A DNA stretch of 64,000 nt from Lingula anatina (lineage: Eukaryota; Animalia; Brachiopoda), in NCBI GenBank assembly GCA_051362555.1, contig CM120643.1:6882001-6946000 (forward strand), in the 5' to 3' direction. Under the pieces are notes generated by a model. The model did not search any database. It was not told the DNA's origin and was given only the letters and a program-made list of their open reading frames with translations. Positions 26,901-40,135 of this stretch are shown piece by piece (position 1 is the stretch's first letter; the number at the start of each line of letters is the position of its first letter). A program made the translations under genes and the position numbers.

Positions 26901-29143
26901 TGCTTAACAACAATAAAAATATGTGATAAGCTGATCAGTTGACTGTGTCTAATGAAAAGTGTATTTTGGGGACAATATATTTGGGAAAACTGAAATTTAC
27001 ATTGAAAAGACTGGCAAATCCCAGGGCTTTAAAATAGTTAAATGTTAATCATTTTGACAAAACTTGTCCAGTGTTTCTGAAAATTGTCCCGAATCTTGCC
27101 ACTTGTCATGTATTGTACACATGGATAAGACATAGAGCTGCTCTTGGTGCTGTCTTTCACTGCCTGCTTCTTCATGGTAAGGGTACTTTGGAAAAAGAAC
27201 AATATAACTGAAAAATCTAAAAAATTACATTGAAAAGACTGGCAAATCCAATAACTTAAAATAGTTGAACGTTAATAATTTTGTCAAATCTAGTCCAATG
27301 TTTCTGAAATTTGTACAAATGATCCTTAACAACAATAAAAATCTGTGATAAGCTGATCAAATGACTGTGTCTAATGGAAAGTATCTTCTTGTGACAATAT
27401 CTTTGAAAAAACTGAAAATTACACTGAAAATTAACACTGGCAAATTCCATGGCTTAAAATAGTTAAATGTTAATAATTTTGCAAAGTGATTATAAAATAA
27501 AATAGCAAATGTGATGACTTGAGGTTGTTTGTGTAGGATGTTGCAAATTACCTATAACTGTTATCTGGAAAACAATATATACCCATACAACACTTCTCCT
27601 TACTATCAATGCCAGATGAAGATTACTCCTTACAATAGGTTTCTGGAATGGGTTGTTGCTATAACAATATTTGACAATGTCCTAAATCTTGCCACATATC
27701 ATGTATTGTACACATGGATAAGACATAGTGCTGCTCCTGGTGCTGTCTTTCACTATCTGCCTTTTCATAGTAAGGGTACTCTAGAAAAAGAACAATATAA
27801 CTGAAAAAGCTGAAAATTACACTGAAAAAACTGGCAAATTCCATGGCTTATAATAGTTAAATGTTAATAATTTTGTCAAATCTAGTCCAATATTTCTGAA
27901 ATTTGTACAAATGATGCTTAACAACAATAAAAACCTGTGATAAGCTAATCAGTTGACTGTGTCAAATGAAAAGTGTCTTTTTGTGACAATATATTTGGGA
28001 AAACTGAAATTTACATTGAAAAGACTGGCAAATCCAAGGACTTCAAATAGTTAAACGTTAATAATTTTGTCAAATCTTGTCCAGTGTTTCTGAAATTTGT
28101 ACAAATGATTCTTAACAACAATAAAAATCTGTGATAAGCTGATCAAATGACTGTGTTTATTGAAAAGTATCTTCTTCCGACAATATCTTTGAAAAAACTG
28201 AAAATTACACTGAAAACACTGGCAAATTTCATGGCTTTAAATAGTTAAATGTTAATAATTTTGCAAAGTGATTATAAAATAAAATAGCAAATGTGATGAC
28301 TTGAGGTTGTTTGTGTAAGAGGTTGCAAATTACCTATAACTGTTATCTGGAAAACAATATATACCCATACAACACTTCTCCTTACTATCAATGCCAGATG
28401 CAGATTACTCCTTACAATGGGTTTCTGGAATGGGTTGTTGCTATCACAATATTTGACAATGTCCTAAATCTTGCCACATATCATGTATTGTACACATGGA
28501 TAAGACATAGTGCTGCTCCTGGTGCTGTCTTTCACTGTCTGCCTTTTCATAGTAAGGGTACTCTGGAAAAAGAACAATATAACTGAAAAGCTGAAAATTA
28601 CACTGAAAAAACTGGCAAATTCCATGGCTTATAATAGTTAAATGTTAATAATTTTGTCAAATCTAGTCCAATATTTCTGAAATTTGTACAAATGATGCTT
28701 AACAACAATAAAAATCTGTGATAAGCTGATCTAATGACTGTGTCTTATGAAAAGTATTTTTTCAGATGATATATTTGAGAAAACTGGAAATTACACTGAA
28801 AACACTGGCAAATCCCATGACTCAAAACAGTTAAACAAATATTGTCCAGGCCCGTAGCCAGAGGGGGTTCGGGGGGTTCGAAAGAACCACCCCTTTTGCT
28901 GGGAAAAGGTCCACTCTGGGTAAAATTTTGAAGTGTCAAATTTATGGGAAATTGATAATCAGAAGAATGAGAATTGACCAAAACAAATATTGCAATGTAT
29001 TATTTACTCTCTTTACTTTGAAAGAAAATAGCAAATGTAATGATTTGAGTTTGTTTGCGTAGGAGGTTGCAAATTACCTATAACTGTCATCTGGAAAACA
29101 ATATATACCCATACAAGACTTCTTCTTGCTATCAATGCCAAAT
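23955..29143. repeat. Higher-order satellite array (~390-bp A unit plus 2-3 ~195-bp B units)
   Basis: A-unit anchor aaaatagcaaatgt at 24522, 25498, 26478, 27499, 28281, 29025; B-unit anchor cttaaaatagttaaa with ~193-195 bp spacing. Confidence 0.95.
28847..28985. mobile_element. hAT-like MITE end fragment
   Basis: caggcccgtagccagagggggttcggggggttcgaaagaaccaccc terminus-like sequence at the edge of the satellite; mate terminus not found. Confidence 0.45.
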
Positions 29144-29979
29144 GTGATCCATGACAGTCAACCTGCTGAGAGTGAATGGCACCCTATGTGGACAAGTTGG
29201 GAATGCTGGAATTGATAACAGGTGACTACATACAACTTTTTCAATAGCAGTATATGAATCAGCTTTGCAACAGTTTTAGAAATGGACCAATATCTGTACT
29301 TTAAAGCTGGAACATAATTTTATATCATGTTTTCAAACAAAGAACTTGGTATTTTCTGGTCAAATGCATCCATTACTCGTCTCTAAATTCCTGAGTTTAC
29401 TAAATTGACCAGCAATCTTTACAGCTTCAGTAAGGTCGAAACCCACTACCTGACAACCCATTTCTTTGATATCCGTCTTCATTCTAAGCAATACTTACTA
29501 CACCCTTCCTCGTTGCTGTCATTGCTACAGTCACTGCTGTGGTAACATCTCCAAGTTAAGTTGATACAGCAACAATATTACCACATACAAACATATATGG
29601 CTGACATGTGTGATCCACAGGAAAACAATAAAAAATACATCTTTAAAACAATCTACTTTATTTTCAAGTGTCTTAAAACTGTTCCTTCACTTTCTTTGAC
29701 AAAGCATTAAAATACCTGGGTAATTTACATTAAAATTCTTACATCACTAGCAGCACAAATCCACCTAAATATCAGAGATTTCATTGAACAAGATGAAAAA
29801 CTTGCTGAAAGGCTGTGATTAAGCAGCATTACAGATTCAAAAATTCACTGAAATAAAGTGAAATATGTAAAGATCCAGAAGGCAATGAGATCTACTTATG
29901 AAGATTTATGAAACTCATGTTGTTATCTGACCATCTTGAAAATAAGCCTGCGGTCATTGTGTTTTATTATTTTTATTTT

Positions 29980-30330
29980 AGTATAGTCCTATGCCTCCTA
30001 GTACAGTGTAGTAGTCTGGAGTCATTGTGTTCCATTGTGGCAGTATAGTCCTGTGTCTACTAGAACAGTGTAGTAGTCTGGAGTCATTGTGTTCCATTGT
30101 GGCAGTATAGTCCTGTGCCTTCTAGTACAGTGTAGTAGTCTGAAGTCATTGTGTTCCATTGTGGCAGTATAGTCCTGTGCCTCCTAGTACAGTGTAGTAG
30201 TCTGGAGTCATTGTGTTCCATTGTGGCAGTATAGTCCTGTGCCTCCTAGTACAGTGTAGTAGTCTGGAGTCATTTTGTTCCATTGTGGCAGTATAGTCCT
30301 GTGCCTCCAAGTACAGTGTAGTGTGGAGTC
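29980..30330. repeat. Minisatellite, 62-bp unit, ~5.6 copies
   Basis: gtatagtcct recurs at 29981, 30043, 30105, 30167, 30229, 30291. Confidence 0.97.
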
Positions 30331-31871
30331 AGATGATGGACTGGAAAAGACTAAAAAAATCAACAATCAGGCTTTTCCTCAATATCAAAAATATTAGAGT
30401 ACATAATAAAAATTTTAGTAGGTTTATTACATCAAATAAACTGCAAAGAAATATATTAAAAAATAAACTTTCCAAATAAAGTATTGTTGTAAGTCAAGGC
30501 AGAAGCATACACTGTACCAGTACTGAAAATAAAGAGGTGGGTTTACAGTGCTTTCTGAAACTCAGGATGGTAGTGCTAGTTCACGTAAGTGGACACTCCA
30601 TGGGGGGTTTGTGTTACTCATAGTTCAGTTCATATATTACCATTTCGACAGATGACTCAAAAGAAACAAGAAAAAGGCCCACTTAAAAATTATATAAGAA
30701 GGAATAACGTCAGTTCTTCATTTTATTGCCTCACTTTCATAAGGCATTGGGTAATTGCAGATGAAAAGGGAATGGCAAAACTGAAGTAGATGACTGCGTG
30801 AACATTCTGAAGCATTTTGTAAAATCTTCACCAGCACATTGCATCGTGATGTGAACAGTGAACAACTGACACAGTCGATACTATATGTGTCCGTCACCTT
30901 AGATGTCTCATCCTGAATTCACCGATTAAGTTTGTCAATAGAATCTAAAACAAAACCAACTAAGAAAAGTGTCCTGAGGCTGATGTATGGTGAAACTCAG
31001 TGTGCAGAACGTTTGATGAAAATTCCGACTTTTCAGCGTCACCCTTTGCCTAGTCTACGCCATATAAAAATTGTTTAGTATAGATGGCGCTATGCAAGAG
31101 GTGAGACTTAGGATTTGTAAAGGACTGCGGGCAGTATCAGGAACAGGTTCACCGCCTGCTTTCTAAAAAACTCGTGCGAGGAACCGCAATAGATATGACC
31201 AGGGTCCAGGCACTGTGATATATATATATTACGATATATTCATATAGAAAGACTCAAGGTCGAGAGCTTCAACGAAGCGTCAATCTGATTGGCTTAAAGT
31301 TAAGGAAACAATACAGGAACCGTCCAATGAAATTCTTTTATACAATAATTATTCCTGTTTATTGTTTTAGTAAACAAAGCAAAGAGACAATGTCTACACA
31401 GCCGCTGGTAAGTTTTATTTTTTATTCAAAACTGAAATTCTGTAGCAAGTTCAATGTAAGCCCACACAGCGCCTTTTTATCCGTCGTTCATTTTTATGTG
31501 ATTAATTAATATTCTAAATGAAATTCTTAAAAATTTCTTGTCACATGACGATTTGCTGATCATTCTGGTAATGGTACAAGTCAATATCAAAGACAAAATC
31601 TGTGACAGCAGGTGTGAAGGAGAGAGGTAAGACAGTAGGACCAATAGAATAGGGATCTATTTATTATGTGATTGTGTATGTACACACATGTGCGTGCACA
31701 CACACACACACACACACACTCCTTATGTTGTGCCAACACAGTTTGTGCTTTTGGAAAGTTTAAAATGATACTTAGCAAATTTGTTCATTCCAAATACTGG
31801 TAAAAGTGTTACAATGCAGCTCCATACATGAAATATGATGTGGCACTGACTACTTATTGAATGTTATATAA

Positions 31872-31902
<31 letters not shown>

Positions 31903-32915
31903 AATAATTTATTGAGCATTAAAATGTGTACAGTTACATTTTACAAGCTCTCTAAACTACAGTTTTACATAAATTGTGCACATAAGCTTAAATAAGTCTA
32001 ACTACTTTAGATCATTCAAATACTTAAATACATATTAGCTAACTACTTCATACATATAGCTCTCAATAGTAAACATATATTATTGAATCGTAGTAAGTAA
32101 TATTGTCTTATATATTTCAGCTCCAAAGAATTGCCACCAATCTAGGTGGAGGAGGGTATTAAATCTGTTCACGTCTTGCTTCAGGCGCAGGCCAAGAACA
32201 TAAATGGTTAGTATTATCATTATCATTATTATTATAATTATTATTATTATTATTAAATAAATCAAATAACTTCAGACATTTAGAAATGAGGAAATTGCAG
32301 TAGTATTTTTGAAAAGGACAGATTCATTATGTTTTTTAAATAAGTTTTGATTGTCTCTTTGTCTTAATTGTATCATAATTAAGTAAGCTTTCAGTTTTTT
32401 ATAAGAAAACTTTGTCAAACAGCTGGTAAAACTGTACATGAAAGCAGTAATTATATGATAGCAGCCAAGAGCTGGTGGATGTAAAGTTACTGTCAACATC
32501 TTTTTACAGCTAATAGATTTTAACTGAATTATTTTTTAATATTTTCATCTTTAATTTTTCAGGGTCGTCAGTGCAGAACTATTATTGCCTCTGTAGCAGC
32601 CACTTAAAAACCTTTAAAATGTCATTCTCGTAATTTCAGAATAAAATATACATTTTGTACATTTTGTTTTCCTTTCTTTTCTTAAATGAGGATACTGTTG
32701 GGGAGGGGTGATCAAAGTTCATGGGAAATAAAATCATCAATTCAAAAATTTACGAGTCACGAGAACGAAGTGCTTCACGGATCACCCAAAATAAACGGGC
32801 AAAAAAAAACTCAAATGTTATTGACGCCGCCAGTAAAATACCCAGAGATCTCCCCTAACTGGATTATATCTTGGAAGACAGAATGGAGAAAACAACAAAA
32901 GGAATTATGGAGGGG

Positions 32916-33078
32916 TCCCACCCATTCAGCAAAATCTTTTTTTAAATTCTTACCAAGCAATAGTAGACTTTTAACACACAGGGGCAATAAATGGTTTTAA
33001 GTAGTTTTTGCCTCTCTGCAGTATCCAATATTAATTCTTCTTTATAGCCTAGTTCATAAATATTATAATGTCCAGTTC
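32916..33078. repeat. Dispersed repeat, second copy at 45931-46091
   Basis: tcccacccat.cagcaa...aaattcttacc.ag.aatagtagact...ggttttaagtagttttt...ttcataaatatt in both places. Confidence 0.8.
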
Positions 33079-33340
33079 TTTATTTAGTTTGACCTCTCAA
33101 ATGAAAACAATTTATGATATTTATATTTTGATATTCTTATTGGCTGAATAAATTTTATTTTATTTCACTTGGTGGAAAAAAAAACAAAGATCAACATAAA
33201 GCGCTCTATGCTGGACTTTTATTGGTAGACATGTCCACAGCTGCCATTAGCCCAAAATTTCTTCCTGGAAAGTAGATGATGTAAAGAATATACAAGTACA
33301 TTTCATAAGACAGAACTCGAGCTCATATGTCTCCAAACAT

Positions 33341-33395
33341 GCCAGGTGTCGATTCCTAATAGCAGGCAATCACTCTACCACTGAACCACCGAAGG
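33341..33395 (-). mobile_element. tRNA-Gly-derived SINE head or tRNA pseudogene relic
   Basis: Minus strand tcggtggttcagtggtagagtgattgcctgc matches the tRNA-Gly 5' half (A box), followed after a deletion by a degenerate B box ggaatcgacacctggc; cannot fold a cloverleaf. Confidence 0.55.
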
Positions 33396-34662
33396 ATACA
33401 CTCAAGTCATAGTTATGCCGAGACTGACCTTGACCCCTCTCCCCCCTCCTCCCACTCCCCAATAATACCACCCTGATATTCATACACTTTTCTACAAGTT
33501 TGTGTCGATGGTTTTTATTTTTAACAAGTTGCCGATACGAATTTCAAAGTGACAATCTGCAGATTTGTTTTAATTTACATATCTAGAGCTCCTGCTACTT
33601 ACAAATGACTGTGACGAGTTTAATTACTTTCCATGTTCAGCAACACATGTAGTATTCTATATTATTAAAGATATTTCAAAATAGAATTAGATGCATACAT
33701 TCTATAGGAAATTGTTTGTATATTTTCTTTAATTATACTTAGGAAATAATCATTACAATACAATACAAATCACTTCTCACACACACGTTTCTCAAAAACA
33801 TACCCAGGTATATCTTTGAATATTTGATATCTTTATTGTGAACAAGTATGGTTTCCATGTTATTCTTCAGTTGATGTCAAAGACACAAAAACTGTGACAG
33901 AGGACATGAAGGAGAGAGGTAAGACAGCAGGGTCAATATAATAGGCATCTATTTATTAAACTGATGGAATGTGATTGTGCATGTTGTGCCAACACATTTT
34001 ACACTTTTTGCAAGTTCAAAATGATACTTGGCAAATTTCTTTATTCTTAACAGTGGTTAGTGTGTCAATGCAGCTTCATACATAAAGATGATGTTGCACT
34101 AATGACTTATTGAAGGTTATGTATAATTGCATCTCATAATGCCCCCCTTTCTGGCCAATTTTAATTAATTAAATATATTCAGAAAGTGATGGCAGCATTA
34201 ACTAGAAGAGCTGTGTATCTACTTTCAAATAATAGTTTTACAATTTCATGTGCTTGATACAGTCATGTAATCCAAATTTTCTTTTTGTTCTTCAGTAATG
34301 CACATCCAAACTCTCCAAAACTCTACATTAATTTCAAGGATACAATGCCATCTCATCCCTGTTAAATACCAGTGAACTGCAAACAAATACCTGGGTTTTT
34401 GGTATCAAAAATGCAACACAAAGCAACCCAAAATGAATGTTAAAACTTTAAACAGATTAAGATACATTCTTTTCTTGTAGGCAATATTTATAAGACCTTA
34501 TTTGCATTTAAACTATAATGTACCATAAAGTCCATTTCTTTAATACTCAGGAATAAGAATTACTCAATAATAGTGTTTGTAAAAGCAGAAACTAGTAGGT
34601 AAAATACTTAATGGTTCAACATTTTAAAGACTAAAAACTGAAGGACAAAAGTAGACACCTTA

Positions 34663-37347
34663 TTATCTGTTGTTAAAATACTGAACATATGCTTCTCTTA
34701 TGGCTTTGGCATCATACTGTCTCATGTCATGTCCTGGTTGGTATCCGTTATGATTTCGATCTTCCTCCACCAAGTCCATCCACTCCTGGTCAAAGCCTTC
34801 ATTGTGAACCATGACAACATTATGCAGTGTTAAGCATGCCAGGATGAGCACTGGCACAAATTCAGTTTCAAAATCTAGCCTGTGTTGAAGTATCTGCCAT
34901 TTCCCTTTACATCTACCCAAACATCCCTCAATGCACATTCTTCCTCGCGTGTGGCAATAGTTGAAGTTCTTTTGAGCTTGAGTAAGTACATCAAAGTCTG
35001 AAAATGCTTTTAACAGCCAAGGTTTGAGGGGATAGGCAGGGTCACCTATAATCAAAATGGGCACTTCTACTCCATTTATCAGTTGACTTGACGGGGGGAA
35101 TAAAGTCCCACTTTCTGCCTTTTGAAAGATGCTTGACTGTGCTAGTACTTGTGCATCTTGCACTTGTCCTGGCCAGCCTGATACCACATGCAAGACTCTT
35201 AGTTCATGATCACATATCACCTGTAACGGAAAGTTGAAAAAATATACAAAATGTGACAAAACTAAAATAATATAATAATAAATGCTGCTTCTAAAATCTA
35301 GTGAAAAAAAAGCCACATATAAATTAGAGCTGAACTCAACCTCCCAACATTTGAACACATTCCAAGACTATGAAGTTCTAATATTATAACACAACTTAAC
35401 ACCACCAAAAAGTAATGAGGATATTTTTCATGTGTATTTGTAAGAGGGGTGGGAGTGGAATAGGTGTAACTGTACTTATTGGACAACTTTTGGCTATTAA
35501 AGGACCAAGGATCCTAGAGAGAATCATGCACGCTGTATATTTATTCTTCTTTACCTGACTAGCAATGGAATAAAAACATTTCCGGTTGTAGTAATCAGTC
35601 TTGTTTTGGCTTGGAGCAATAATGGGCACGTGTGTTCCATCAATAGCCCCTGCACATTGTGGAACAGCCCATTTGGCCTCAAATCCCTCCACAATATTTT
35701 GTAGTCTTCTCCCAGTGGGCATCTGAATGAACTTAGGAGAAAGATGGGTGGCTATGGCCTGCACAGTTTCTTGGAAAATGGTGCAGGCTAAAGATATCTC
35801 AATTCCAAACAAATGCCCAATGCTTCTGTATTCCATACCAGAGCCACATATCCACAGAGTCACTGCAACCCTGAGTTCTACTGAATAACACCTACAAAAA
35901 GCATAAATTTGAGCTGTTATTGCAAAATATTAATACATAATGGCAATTCCACAGTCTTGGTTTTGAATATAAAAATACTTTGCCTTACAATTTTCAATAA
36001 CGACAGCAATTATCCATGATATTTTCCCACATTAGTTGTATTACTGTTAAATGTAACAGACATTTTTATGAATAATCTCCAACTTGGGAATTGCAAAATT
36101 TTGTAAACAAAAAATTTGGAACTTAATTTTGCACAAATGCAAAATCGGTCATATGTTTTTCATACAACAATAACATAACATGACTGTATAATTGCATACT
36201 ACTTGTCATTAGCCTTTAGATCAACAAGAAGACACCACAGTAAATTTTTTTTTTTTGCAAACATGAGCAATCATATACATGCATTCCTGCTCTTTATATT
36301 ATCCCTCAAGAATGTGCTGCCACTTACTTTCTGCGGGGGTTTTTCTCCAGAAAAGGTCTAAGATCTAGGCAAATATACTGGAATGTTGCTCTTTTCATAC
36401 AAAAATTTTCCATCCAATCTCCATCCGTAAAAGTCCGATTCACAATATATTCCCACCAGTGGCTTGATCTAAAATGTAAATTTTGAATTTTATGTCAAGA
36501 AAAACAAACCCAGTTTTTACGATACAGACAACACCTTTAGATTTTCCTTCATCGAGGTATAGATATTTTGGCTACCTATAGAAAAATATTTTAACTGTGC
36601 AAAATAAGACCAAAGTAAATACTAATGGGATAATGTGCAAATAATAAATTAGCACAAAAATTCATGCGTTAGCTAGTTATAGTTAGTGCTAACGCATGAA
36701 TTGTCGTGTTAATAATAAATGTGAAAAGTATAAAAATCTAAAGTCTGGAAAGTGATCCACCAGGGGTATTGGCATGAAGTGATTTAAATGTACCTGTGCT
36801 AACATACAGTGGACAGTAGCAGTTATTTAAAATACACCGATTCTAGTTAATTAAAAATCTGGGTCCCGTACCTCGAAAAGCATTGCGTATTGCGAATAGC
36901 GATATCACACAGGCTACAGTATTCTGGGTCGAGCATGTAATGGGCGAATTATGGAATCGAGACTCAGACGTTTGGTTTCACTTTTTTTTATTCTAGTTTT
37001 TGAAGCAAATTTTATTCGCTCACCAAAACAAATCAAATGACGCATGTCACCTACTTTTCTTTCATCCAAACAGTTCGATCAGGCGTGGGGAACAAGGCAA
37101 ACATCAGCATAAGAACGAACTGCGCCCTCTGACGAGACTGCATACGCAAAAATTCTGCCATCCTCCTCCTCCATCTACTGGGGCTGGGTATCTCCGTGAA
37201 CATCTCCGTGAATATCTCTGGTGACATTATCTCCGTAGATAGCCGATTCATTGCTGCTCTACGGGCCAATTCATTCCTTTTTCGTCTCTGTTTTGAAAGA
37301 TAATAGAACAGAAGAGCTTTTTTCCTTCGATCGCCTCCAGCCGCCAT
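34663..37347 (-). CDS. PIF/Harbinger DDE transposase (element E1), 4 exons, ~442 aa
   Basis: Exons 37347-37055, 36468-36328, 35891-35555, 35220-34663; all GT-AG, phases match, 1329 nt with no internal stop. Motifs SSHWWE, WMENFCM, GAIDGTHVPI, YYNRK, GWPGQVQDA, IGDPAYP, RMCIEGCLGRCKGKW, CLTLHN. Confidence 0.9.
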
Positions 37348-37779
37348 GCTTTCTTCACCTCGAGTTTGTTTGATGAGCATGCGCACTTAATATTTCTCAG
37401 GTAGCTTCCGCATGGCGAATAGAGCCGAGATTTAATGACTGTACCCCCGCTGGGACGACGCTTGGGGATTCGTGTGAAAGGTGGAGAGACTATTAAAAGA
37501 TTAGTCGGTTTTTCTTTCATGTACGTCCGCCATATTTCAGCCCAGGGCCGGCTTTCACGAAACGTTTCGCAGGTTGCGCATTCGCTATGGTTTGCGCAAT
37601 TGCGCTAATTTTTTTTGCGTAGCTTTCTCGAAACAATTCGCAATTTTTTTCGCTGTTAGCGCACGACGTCGTGCCCGGAAGTAAATATTGTAATCTCAAA
37701 ACACTGCTCTTTGGGCCGCGGAGGCAAGAAATATAACAACAAATGCTCGTGCTCCGTGAACGTCTGCTCAGCTGACACA

Positions 37780-38484
37780 ATGGAGGATCCGATAGGTTTC
37801 CCGAAAAAGCGTAGTCGTTTTTCCGATGAGGAGATTGATATACTTGTTGACGAGGTGTCTTCTAATCCTGCTCTTTTCTGCCAACTCTCAAATACTGTTA
37901 CTCAAAAATCGAAGGAGGAGATTTGGAAAAAGATAACTCAAAAGTAAGTAGACACTTTCATTTTTCATACTTAAACAAAACCCCTTAATAGTGCCCCCTG
38001 CCCCTTTCAGTTAGTAATGGGGGGGGGGGGGTGTCATAGCGTTGCACCCTGTGTTGCTTGTGTAATTTCGTAACAGCAAATCCCATACTAGTAATATTAA
38101 TAATAATAATACAGCTTTAAAAGTTGAAATTTTTATTTCTGAAAATATGTGATTTTTTTCCATGAAAACAGGTGAAAGTATTAAGAAGTAAATTAAATTA
38201 AATTACATAAAATTAAATTAATTACTATGATTTATATAGGTTGAATTGTTTTGTTATTTAAATTAGGATCAACAGTGTTTCCTTGCAAGTTAGGAAGTTT
38301 TCCGAAGTACGGAAAAAATGGTATGACTACAGTAGTCGTACCAAAAGGAAAGAAGTTGAGAGAAGGAAGCAGGTGAGGAGGACTGGGGGAGGGCCAGAAC
38401 CTCCCCAGCTGACAGCTAGAGAGCAGAAAGTAAGTTTATAAAAAATTTATTTTCAAATTATTTTTTTAAAGTGTGTCCTGTTTC

Positions 38485-38526
<42 letters not shown>

Positions 38527-39822
38527 ATTTTTTTATTCTATTTTGCCTAGGTCATAGAGATCATCGGAGAAGTTGCAGTGGAAGGTGTTCAGGGGTTGGA
38601 ACACAATGATTCTCTTTGCTTTGAATCTGGTACTACTGATTATGATTTATGAGATTTATATCCACTTAACTATTAATTTGCATTTTTATGAAGTGGTACG
38701 TGTACAGTATATCATAGAGTTTGATATTAATAAAATTTGAGTAAATGTTTTAATAACTGATATATTTTTTTTTTATTCAAGATCAATGTGAGTTGAGCAC
38801 AGAAATTCCATGTGACCCAGGTAATAATAAGATAAATACCATTTATTGTTTAAAATAGCATGTTTTGAATAAAAATGATATGAAGGGAATGATTATGTCA
38901 CACTAAGGAGAAATAATGAATTTATAAGCCATATCTATTTTGTATGTTTTGTAATGTTTTTTTTTTTTTTTTTTTTTTTAATTCAGAAGAAGGTACAAGC
39001 TTTGAGACATCAAGTCCAATTTTTGGTATGTGTATAATTCTATTTCTTTTTCCTTTATGAAATGTATTTGTGTCCTTAATTAAATCTGCTTTTACTACTT
39101 GTTGCAAATAAAAACTTCTAGAAAATGTAAAAATTGTAAGGAAACTTTTCAGTAAAATGTAAAACAATTTTCAATTTTGATTTCTTTGTTTGCAGAAAGA
39201 GTTGAGGCATCAGCCAGATCGCCATGCAGACCATCCAGAAGAACAGTGCAAAGTAAGTTAATATTGTAAATATTTACTTTTTTTAAAAAAAAAGGGGTAT
39301 CCTAACTTACATTTAGCTTTCAACAATCTTTTTACATTTTAGTCAACCTTTAAATTTGTTAATTATCCCTAGGTCATAAATAGAACAAAATATAACTTAG
39401 AAAGTTCCAATACTAGTGTCACGAAAAATGTATAATGTTACATTGTATTAAATTTTTAGTTATTTTTTTACAGGCAAGAAGAGAACAAGCACAGGTAATA
39501 TTCTCAAAGTTTTAAAGTTCTTATCATAAATTTCTTCACTAATTAATGATATATTTTAACACTCATATGTTTTTAAAAGTAATTGTATTTCCTAAACAAC
39601 CATAATGTTTCAATTTTTTTAGATCCAACAACAGGCCTTTACAAAATAGAAGAAGAAAGACTGCAGATTGAAAAAAAAAGATTAAAGATTGAAGAAGAGA
39701 GATTAGAAGTGGAGAGAGAAAAAGTGATAGTTCTGAAGCAGATAATGCAGTATTATTCACTGAAAGCAGAACACCAGAAATTAAATGCATTGTTATATAG
39801 TGAAAGTTCACCTCTATTGTGA
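37780..39822 (+). CDS. Harbinger Myb/SANT-like (trihelix, NAIF1/MSANTD-like) DNA-binding protein, 8 exons, ~253 aa
   Basis: Exons 37780-37943, 38267-38429, 38551-38629, 38782-38820, 38987-39025, 39196-39252, 39474-39494, 39623-39822; 762 nt, open frame. Motifs KRSRFSDEEIDILVDEV, KEEIWKKIT.KIN, EVRKKWYD, RRTGGGP and a C-terminal coiled coil EEERLQIEKKRLKIEEERL. Confidence 0.88.
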
Positions 39823-39879
39823 ATTTTTTTTTTTACCATTCACTTAGCAATTATAATTATAATTATGCAAAATCTTTGT

Positions 39880-40135
39880 ACTATTTACTTACTTGTTCAA
39901 CATTACTGTTTAACCATTTTACTGTTTTCTTAATTGTTCAACATTACTGTTTAACCATTTTACTGTTTACTTAATTATTCAACATTACTGTTAAACCATT
40001 GTACTGTTTACTCAATTGTTCACCTTTACTGTTAAACCATTTAACTATTTACTTAATTATTCAACATTACTGTTAAACCATTGTACTGTTTACTTACTTG
40101 TTCATCATTACTGTTAAACAATTGCACTATTTACA
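39880..40135. repeat. Minisatellite, ~40-bp unit, ~6 copies, between the 3' ends of the two E3 genes
   Basis: ttacttaattrttcaacattactgttwaaccattktactgt in tandem. Confidence 0.9.

Larger units (their letters stand above)
22960..29614 (-). pseudogene. Decayed LDL-receptor-family (LRP/VLDLR/vitellogenin-receptor-like) pseudogene
   Basis: Exon 29499-29614 reads HTCQPYMFVCGN(+2 nt)CINLTWRCYHSSDCSNDSNEEGC|gtaagt: LDLa six-Cys spacing, acceptor mutated to tgg. Exon ~29110-29226 gives a frameshifted EGF pattern (CPHRCH...G..C.G.HL..D.K.SC). 23000-23950 has weaker EGF/YWTD-propeller-like remnants (GSY; EFLFTK*FQIK; VLNIPTTAVLVQKR). Confidence 0.65.
31586..34120. repeat. Diverged direct duplication: 31586-31870 and 33877-34120
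   Basis: Shared tcaaagaca.aa.ctgtgacag...gaaggagagaggtaagacag...tgttgtgccaacaca...aaaatgatactt.gcaaattt...acttattgaa.gttat. Confidence 0.85.

Noticed and set aside
24552-28586. Five paralogous ~91-aa ORFs (MCKRLQITYNCYL...)
   Set aside because: Copies of the satellite A unit with TTG/GTG starts and no recognisable domain.
23000-29280. L2/CR1 LINE relic suggested by GVEIKNPDEI and TVMDHIW
   Set aside because: Cysteine spacing and splice signals fit LDLR-family exons better; no RT motifs found.
29980-30330. CRISPR-like regular repeats (also 6881-7211, 56733-57110, 45570-45886)
   Set aside because: Head-to-tail units without unique spacers, or inverted TIRs; eukaryotic context and no cas genes.
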